Source: Opitutales bacterium
GTDB taxonomy: Bacteria > Verrucomicrobiota > Verrucomicrobiia > Opitutales > JABSRG01
Direction: 5' to 3'
NCBI GenBank assembly: GCA_049599475.1
Contig: JBMYOQ010000023.1
Location: 1 to 48,295 of the forward strand
DNA: 48,295 nucleotides
Positions 39,601 to 46,100 of the stretch are shown here, piece by piece; the first letter of the stretch is position 1; each line of letters starts with the position of its first letter. The notes under the pieces were generated by a model. It searched no databases. It saw only the letters and a list, made by a program, of their open reading frames with translations, and was not told where the DNA came from. The position numbers and the translations under genes are program-made.

Positions 39601-39867
39601 TTTAACACAGACGGCTCCCTTGAAGTGCGCAGCGGATTTCAATGGGTCCTCATCCCGGAAGCACCTCCTGTTGATTTTTCGAAGTTTCAGGATTTCGTAG
39701 TGTATCAAAACTTCAATACGGAGACATGGTCGCTATGGGTCAACGAGAAGCAAGTGGTCAATAATTTCTCATTTGCGAACAGTAGTAGCACAGGCGATCT
39801 GAACGAAGTCATCATTCAATCCCTAGATTCAAGCGCAGTATTGGATCGACTAGAGATTAGTCGATAA
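36694..39867 (+). CDS. Secreted modular alpha/beta-hydrolase (esterase-like) with CBM-like modules and an internal verrucomicrobial DxDG domain
   Basis: Signal peptide; PDNFDPNETYGLVTYINAG, YNIDPNRIYVSGNSGG (GxSxG), GHH. GIVVLEAEHY..LDYSVDF..GEHTVWVR..NSVYVGLD (CBM6/35- or GH115-C-like). EDYDGNGLEDIAQFAAG..VDNLRSW..FIRL. Confidence 0.7.
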   Translation: MLYMAPRTILKWLLLAIFECSTVFKVYAQENQVLGELDAPENFDLSTWNSYIDYGIDLDTQTYDIRFPDNFDPNETYGLVTYINAGNDGGTEHSSWWPTMDKYRLIWIAGDGIGNGQFTDKRNGVAIKGAMRMTELYNIDPNRIYVSGNSGGSRSASSLSYHRDDFFTGLITIVGVAAPYNVPDDFLTDTSRDALSYINTVPGRGDTVSDVRVAIQTYYNADDLDLEGDFREQESITVYQHVTLPNERFGKLVNSPGHHSARVGYEFLESVRHMEYPINQVISDTFSDGSVATNDAEGNGFFLAPGSTGSASEITIPGVSSGTVDVVELTAGTEIRSSDAFSWNNEFGSRLKTSLRSDYGGDFNQRMTVEMVPADSRETASFKIIIEQTSSTEKSGSIVFIDRDNNSIPLCSFNFSAADDPMSRPWWDHAYFLNAYSYDGLGYNFRGLEIYWYMDDEKFQINFRHDIDRDSFTSDLETSPVLLNDRWTVQGRWEDLDLLESINSLKPIRHWRMAISNEPMSEADAGNAYVDDLELVNALPGDLPAQDGSESPALCYQQSNDADGIVVLEAEHYNRQEIQGIHHWLNTTSVVGYEGIGAVTTQTTSSMDHSADMAAERASRLDYSVDFRHTGEHTVWVRAYANNPTANSVYVGLDDTGAGAAFLSGYSDAAYTWNSQTITVDNAGPQDVYLWVGEAGLVVDKIVIAENSSYIPSDALAESASFAVFPPNYRDVSRYLPGTMKEDYDGNGLEDIAQFAAGGNFASSAFDDVFTVGFSEATGAIDFSVYRRDNLSDFFVNQSVMVSVDNLRSWHDVDDPDFQYTDLGIVKSKLQTLQTAALPAGIVDEWLYQIPQSGTYPAVFIRLHTAYDITQGSISFIYDDFDGAVGDLSSLYADWSVLGSPAPQVTPGSGIGGSHGVEVVAGEEHVSIHRSVENGESDSVWTEMSVKVSPVVMNFGKPYTEPTVTVAFFFNTDGSLEVRSGFQWVLIPEAPPVDFSKFQDFVVYQNFNTETWSLWVNEKQVVNNFSFANSSSTGDLNEVIIQSLDSSAVLDRLEISR

Positions 39868-39998
39868 TCGGTCTTCGCTGGAAGCTCTGCTTGGTTTGGA
39901 GTCGGTATCAAATACCTGTTCGACTTTAATTCCATAGATACCGAAATTAAGTCGAAAAGGTATAACACCAATTCTTGGAAGGTTTGAGCCTGCCCCTC

Positions 39999-40064
39999 AG
40001 CGGATACGGAGATCCGCCCTACCCGCAAAGATATATCAATGGCGGGCGGATCTCCGTATCCGCT
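39999..40064. repeat. REP doublet forming a perfect 21-bp inverted repeat
   Basis: AGCGGATACGGAGATCCGCCC (39999-40019, followed by TACC) and GGGCGGATCTCCGTATCCGCT (40044-40064). Confidence 0.85.
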
Positions 40065-40093
40065 TCATGTTGTGAAAGCTCATGGCTTTCGGT

Positions 40094-40110
40094 TCGGGGT
40101 ATATACCCCT
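40094..40110. repeat. REP-like perfect palindrome GGGGTATATACCCC
   Basis: 14-bp perfect palindrome at 40096-40109, between two REP doublets. Confidence 0.5.
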
Positions 40111-40118
40111 TCGCGCTG

Positions 40119-40225
40119 ATTTTGATAGTTGTAGCCGCCTTACTCTGTTGAGGCGCTTCATCGGACATGAGTGAAACGCTGGCACGGCAGCAAAGTGCCG
40201 TGGCTACAACTCGGACTATCAAAAT
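40119..40225. repeat. REPIN (GTAGCC type) with extended flanking inverted repeat
   Basis: ATTTTGATAGTTGTAGCCGCC ... GCACGGCAGCAAAGTGCCGTGGCTACAACT-cgg-ACTATCAAAAT. Confidence 0.75.
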
Positions 40226-40541
40226 GGGTGCAAAACGGTATAATTTGTAAACGGAATTTGCGTAACAATATGGATATTACAGCGAAAGGATTAGTTGTTT
40301 TCGGAAGAGGCTTTTGGTGAACGCTTCCGGAGCAAAAAAAGGAGTGATAACAGATACCACCCACTTATGGATCCTAGCATTATCAAGGTGCCTTGTATCG
40401 GTTCTGAGGCACTAGCCATGCTCGGAAGGCTCGCTCCAATGAGTGTAATAAGAGAGTTTCGAGTAATCATGAAATTTTTGATGGCTCTTTTATGCTTAGT
40501 GGTAAAAGCTCGTTGCGAACATCGATGTTGCGTTTGGGCAT

Positions 40542-40579
40542 AAAAAAGCGAACACCCCCAGTGAGTGGGTATTCGCTTT
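40542..40579 (-). terminator. Intrinsic terminator of the PEP-CTERM gene
   Basis: Minus strand AAAGCGAATACCCACTCACTGGGGGTGTTCGCTTTTTT, a hairpin plus T-tract about 25 nt after the stop at 40604. Confidence 0.8.
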
Positions 40580-40603
40580 ACGGTGATCTGATCTGCGACG
40601 AAA

Positions 40604-41437
40604 TTATGCCTTCTTTGCTCTACGGCGGTAGGCTATGAAACCTACGGAAGCTAGGCTGATCAAAAATGCGCCGTGTGAAGCCTCAGGGATTGCTGTGACC
40701 GCTACCGAGACATCGGAAATTGTGAATGAGTCACCGTCAACACCGAGATCAGAATCGTTTTCATAGATATACAAAGAGGTCCATGTATTAGTATTGCGGG
40801 TAAAGGTGCTTGAGGTTAAAGAAACACCATCGCGCTCCACGGATGCTTGATAGTCGAAGATCGTAGGGTCTACGGAGTTTTGGCCTATCAAAGTTAAGGT
40901 TAACTCAAATTCACTTGTATTTCCTGTTACAAGTGGATTGGCGCCAGATAAATTTCCAACGTTTTCTAAAATGCTGCCTCGGGAAAAAATGGTACCTGAC
41001 TCGTCGCCACCAATGCGGAAATTTGTTTGGCTACTGCCTGTGTGGAACATGTAGTGGAGCTTCGATTCTAAGGCACTCCCTGTGTTATACTCGAAACCTG
41101 CGCGGAAAGCCATGGATTGCGTGCTTGAATCTGCAAAGACGATATTGCTAACAGTGTAGCTCGCTACTAGGGACTGGCCATCGGACAAGGTTACACCGGA
41201 GTCGAATTGTGATTGTCCGCCGGATGCGCCCCCATCTGTGCCAGTGAACGAGAGTGCATAACCTGTGCTTCCTGTTGCGCCATAGGTAGTGTTGGACTGG
41301 TTTCCAATCTCAGCCCAGGTTCCTATGGATACAGGCGTGGTTGATTGCGCTGAGGCGATTCCAGCGGCAGCGATGAGAGTCGATGTTAGAGTAACTAGCT
41401 TTATCATAATTGTTGAAGAGGTTTTGTTTCTCATCAT
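40604..41437 (-). CDS. PEP-CTERM surface protein whose mature part is homologous to a module of 29774..33298
   Basis: Signal peptide (probable start ATG 41407, MIKLVTLTSTLIAAAGIASAQ); C-terminus IPEASHGAFLISLASVGFIAYRRRAKKA. Confidence 0.9.
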   Translation of the reverse strand: MMRNKTSSTIMIKLVTLTSTLIAAAGIASAQSTTPVSIGTWAEIGNQSNTTYGATGSTGYALSFTGTDGGASGGQSQFDSGVTLSDGQSLVASYTVSNIVFADSSTQSMAFRAGFEYNTGSALESKLHYMFHTGSSQTNFRIGGDESGTIFSRGSILENVGNLSGANPLVTGNTSEFELTLTLIGQNSVDPTIFDYQASVERDGVSLTSSTFTRNTNTWTSLYIYENDSDLGVDGDSFTISDVSVAVTAIPEASHGAFLISLASVGFIAYRRRAKKA

Positions 41438-41680
41438 TGATGTCCCCTGTCCGGAAAAGTTAGAAACTCCTAAATGCGCATTAGGTATCTATATCGCGCA
41501 ATGTTCGAAAGGCTGTGTTAGGTGCCAGAGGATCAAGACCCTGTGGATGATGCAATTGCGCAGAACGCAGTAGGAATGCGCAATTTGGCGCCTGTAAAAT
41601 TTTGGTCAAGGAGTGATCCTATGGAGTCTTAGATACCTCCTGTTCAATTACAGTGAACTCAACTTATCGAAACCTCTTCA
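41414..41680. promoter_or_regulatory. Divergent promoter region with TGCGC-type motifs, bounded by an 11-bp inverted repeat
   Basis: Minus: ATGCGC-N13-TAACTT (41481-41457). Plus: ATGCGC-N13-TAAAAT (41576-41600). IR: TGAAGAGGTTT (41414-41424) / AAACCTCTTCA (41670-41680). Confidence 0.5.
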
Positions 41681-42999
41681 CTATGGCTCGTAAGAAAAAG
41701 AAAAACGTTAAAATGATGGTGGCTCTCTCAGTGGGAGCTGTATTAAATATTTTGATACTTTTATTATTGGGTGGATTGACTGTTTATCGCTACACGGTAA
41801 AGGATTCGATTCAATTGGAAGCACCTCCGCCCCTGGAGCGTCTTGAGTTGACGCGAGTGGTGTATAACCAAAGCATGGCGAAGGATCGTGAGAAAAAGTC
41901 GGCGCGTCCGCGTCAGAAGAGGATTACGGTAGCCAATATTAATAACATCGCGGCCCCAGAGATCCAAAATCTCGCTGGAGGAATGAATATCGCGGTTAAT
42001 GTGGATGTCGGGGATGATGAAGGCTTGGGAGGCCTCGGGGAGCTGGGAGGGAGTTTTCGTCAGATGGGGGAGAGTGCCGTCGATTTCTTCGGGGTCCAGG
42101 CAAGCGGAGAGCGTGTTATCATTATTTTGGACGTTGCGCCAAGCATGCTCTCAGTCGAGCGCGGTGATATCCCAGGATTCAACAAAGTAAAAGAGCGCCT
42201 CGGGACAATAGTTGATAGCCTGAACTCAGCCACCCTGTTTAATGTGTTTGTCTACTCGAGCGGCCTCGATGTGATGAGCAATAACTTAGTGCTCGCAAAT
42301 GCCGAAAACAAGATGCGAGCGCGCCGTTTTATAGAGCCCTATTGGAAGGCTGAGAACGGTCGTTTTCTCCCGGGGCACCGTAAAGGTGTGTATTTGAGGA
42401 ACTACGAGCCTGAAATTATCGGGCCTGCGCATATTGGGGGCTCCTCTCGCATTGATTTAGCATTGCTCGCAGCATTTGAGCAGAAAGCAGATGCTGTATT
42501 TTTGATCACTGATGGCACCCCCAACTATCGGCGTGAGTTTAAAAAAGATGAAATCGATGATTATGAGGATCGATTGGCTGACTATGAAAAGAGGCTCGCT
42601 CGGGTGACGCGCTCGCAGATGAGGCGCTATGAGAAAGAGGCCGCTAAACATATGGCGAAAGGGACTCAGAAGCTCGAAGCAGAGAATCGTCGCCGCGAGG
42701 CTCGAGGCTTAGATAAAAAGGCTATTGAGGGCCGGCCTGTGGACAGATTGCGACCTCCATGGGGCTGGGAGCCATGGGGTCACGTCCTTGTGGAAGCGGA
42801 TCCTGAGTTCGTCGAATGGATCAGAGGTGAAGCGGAGCGACTGTATGGAAAGGGCTCTAAGAACCTCCCATTAGTCAATATTGTTGGATACTCGATTGAT
42901 GACGATGGAGAGACTGGAAAATTCTTAAAATCTCTGAGCCGTGAGTTTCCGAAAAGCAAATTCGATGTGTTCGGTAAGTTTCGTCCCGAGCGAGGGTAG
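41653..42999 (+). CDS. Membrane-anchored von Willebrand factor A (vWA) domain protein
   Basis: Basic N-terminus plus TM helix (probable start ATG 41683); VDFFG..VIIILDVAPSM (MIDAS-like), FNVFVYS, ADAVFLITDGTP, VNIVGY; charged helical insertion. Confidence 0.8.
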   Translation: MNSTYRNLFTMARKKKKNVKMMVALSVGAVLNILILLLLGGLTVYRYTVKDSIQLEAPPPLERLELTRVVYNQSMAKDREKKSARPRQKRITVANINNIAAPEIQNLAGGMNIAVNVDVGDDEGLGGLGELGGSFRQMGESAVDFFGVQASGERVIIILDVAPSMLSVERGDIPGFNKVKERLGTIVDSLNSATLFNVFVYSSGLDVMSNNLVLANAENKMRARRFIEPYWKAENGRFLPGHRKGVYLRNYEPEIIGPAHIGGSSRIDLALLAAFEQKADAVFLITDGTPNYRREFKKDEIDDYEDRLADYEKRLARVTRSQMRRYEKEAAKHMAKGTQKLEAENRRREARGLDKKAIEGRPVDRLRPPWGWEPWGHVLVEADPEFVEWIRGEAERLYGKGSKNLPLVNIVGYSIDDDGETGKFLKSLSREFPKSKFDVFGKFRPERG

Positions 43000-43138
43000 C
43001 GCAGATAGCAGGCAAGCTGACCTGTATCCGGCTCAAAATGTGAGTATTTGGGTGCGTCACTCGATTATCAGACCTGCTTTTTAGCGGCTGAAGAAATCCT
43101 GAATTTCAAGGCTTCTCGGGCGACTTATGGGATTCTGA

Positions 43139-46100
43139 ATGGGACCCATTGATTCAATCCGAAAATCGAGCAAATGTGCAGCCTGTGCATGGATGGTATT
43201 TGCTCTCGTATTCTCCACCGGCCGCCCGATTGCATTTGCGAATCCGAGCGGGGCGCAGGTGGTGTATGGATCTGCTGCGATCAATGCCTCGGGTAGCTCT
43301 CTAGACATCGTTCAGGAGAGTGAGCAGCTGATTTTGGATTGGCAGAGCTTTTCAATCGACGCTGGAGAAACGACTCGCTTCGCCCAGCCATCGGTAAATG
43401 CCTCTGTGTTGAATCGCGTGGTCTCGGGGAATCTCTCTGAGATTAACGGGAGTCTAGAGGCGAATGGAACTGTCTACTTGATCAATCCGAACGGTATTGT
43501 CTTCGGTGCAGGCGCGCGTATCGATGCTGCCACCTTTACGGCTTCGACCTTAGATGTGCTCAATGAAGACTTTTTGGACGGGGGACCGCTGACGTTTGGC
43601 CCGACTGGAATAGACGGTGCGGAAATTGTGAATTACGGGCGGCTTGAGGCCCTCACTGGCGATATTACGTTGATCGCTGAAGTCGTGCGGAATCATGGGG
43701 AGGTCTACACTGCCAATGGGACCGTTAGCTTGGCTGCTGGAAGGGAAGTCATTGTTCAACCCGAACAGAGTAGATCCGTCTTTATTAGCGTGCCGAGTGA
43801 GAATGCGTTCCTGGAGAATACAGGGACCTTGGAAGCGGCTCAGGCCGAGATCTTAGCGGCTCATAGCAATCCATACGCACTTGCTATTCAACAAACAGGG
43901 GTGGTTCGGGCGACCGGGACAGAGAACATCGATGGTGAGATCTGGTTGGTAGCAGAGGCAGGAACTGCGGAGCTAGAAGGGCTCCTCGAGGCCACTAATT
44001 CGGATGGTTCGGGCGGCGAAATTCTGCTCACCGGTTCTCGGGTGGCACTGCAGAATGGCGGGACTGTCTTAGCGGAAGGGGAAAGCGCGCATGGCGGTCG
44101 AGTCCGTATAGGGGGTAGCCGCGGGGGTGCAGATGAGGCGATTTTTCATGCGGAACGAACGTTCATATCGGAAGACGCCGTGATTTCAGTCGATGGAAGC
44201 GGTGTCGGTAATCAAGCCGGGACAATCATTGCTTGGGGGAATGAGACCTTGCGCTCCTATGGAGATCTGAGCGCTCGCGGATATGCAGGCGCGGATGGGG
44301 GATTCATTGAGACAAGTGCTTCGTGGTTTGACCTGGGAGATAGTGTTGCAGATGTCGGTTCAGAATCGGGCATTGGCGGAGAGTGGCTGATCGACCCTTA
44401 CAACATCATCATCAACGATAATGGCGTCGATGATTTTGGGGACACTGATAGCCCCTTTGATGACCCCACAGGCGACGATGCAGAGCTGGATGTAGATACC
44501 ATCGTGGCGGCCCTCGCCGCCGGGAATGGAGTGACCGTCACCATCGAGACCAATGGCGCGGGATCTCAGGATGGGGACATCACGATCGCCGCCAATATGG
44601 ATTACAATGGCATTGGGACCGGGGATACCCTTTGGCTAAAAGCACACGATAGCATTTTTCACAACACGACCGTCGAAATCACCGACAGCTCAGGCGGAGA
44701 CGACACCTTGAATCTTGTCTACCATACGGACAGCGATGATGATGGCTTTGGTAATGTAGAGTTCGGTGCTAACTCGGTCATCGAAACCAATGGAGGAGAA
44801 GTCATCATTTCTGGTGGAAATCACACCACGCTCGATGATTTGCGCACCCTAGGATTCGCCAGGAGATCCGCCGGTAACTCTCAAGCCGTTTTTATCCAAA
44901 ATACCGACATCAGCACCCTCGATGGAGACATCACAATTCGTGGTCAGGGAAACGGGGCCATAAGCATCAATATGTTGGGCGGGGGCACCATCGAGACAAC
45001 TACGGGAAATATCACGATTTTTGGTGATGAGCAAGGACCTGACGATCACGGTTTTGAGCTCGGGAACGGGACCTTTATTCGCAGTGATGGGGGCGATGTC
45101 AGCATCACCGGGTATGGCAATAGTAACAATACAGGCGGCGTTAAGAATGCCAATGGTTTGAATATTCGTGGTCAAATCCTGCTGTCTGGGGACTCGAATT
45201 TAAGTATAACGGGTATCGCGAGTCAGGAGGTAAACGACGACAGCAATTACGGCGTGCACATCTTCAATTCTGCTGCCATTGAGGTGGAAAACGGTAATAT
45301 GACGATTACGGGCACAGGCGGGCAGGGCGCAGACGGATACGGTGTGCGTATTGCGGTAGACGCCTCGATTCGCTCGGTAGGCTCGGGTGATATCGCGATC
45401 ACTGGAACGAGCGGTCAAAGCGAAGGTATTCTGACTGAGCTGGATACCGCTCAGTCTATCGGGGATGCCTCCATGACGGGGGATATCACCTTGACCGCTA
45501 GCACGACGAGCGGTGCAGACGCCATAGTCTTGGACTCAGATCTCACCCTAGAGACTTCAGGAAATATCATTCTCCAGCCGGGCACCGCCGCGACAACGAT
45601 TGGTCTCGGAGACGCTTCTACCGGCGTGTTTAATCTGAGTTCTGCTGAGCTTGCCCTGATTGCGGATGGAGCTAGCAGCATCACCATCGGAAGCACTACT
45701 GGGACAGGGGCAATGGATGTCGAAAGCTCAACTTTCACCGATAATCTTACGCTGCGTTCTTTGTCAGGAGATATCGACATCGACGGGGCCTTGAGCGTCG
45801 GCGCAAATGATATAGTAATCGAAACCGGAGGATCGGTCACGCAATCCGCTGCGATCACGGCGTCTACGCTTACTCTCGATGGTTCAGGCGGTACCTTTAC
45901 ACTAAACGATGCTGGCAACGATATTGATGCGCTAGTCGGTTCTACGGGGTCGATAGCCTTGACTGAGCAGGATGGGCTGGCCTTGGGGGCTATAACTGTA
46001 GCGAGTGTTCTAGATATTGTTTCTACGGGCTCCATCACGCAGACGGATGCTCTATCTGTGGCTGGCAGTGCTAGCTTTAAAACTCTTAGTGATTCCGGTG

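Noticed and set aside
40295..40543. 82-aa ORF and the other short intergenic ORFs (6842, 10119, 11937, 12137, 22059, 29465, 36472)
   Set aside because: No recognisable motifs, mostly non-ATG starts, and several overlap REP or promoter DNA.
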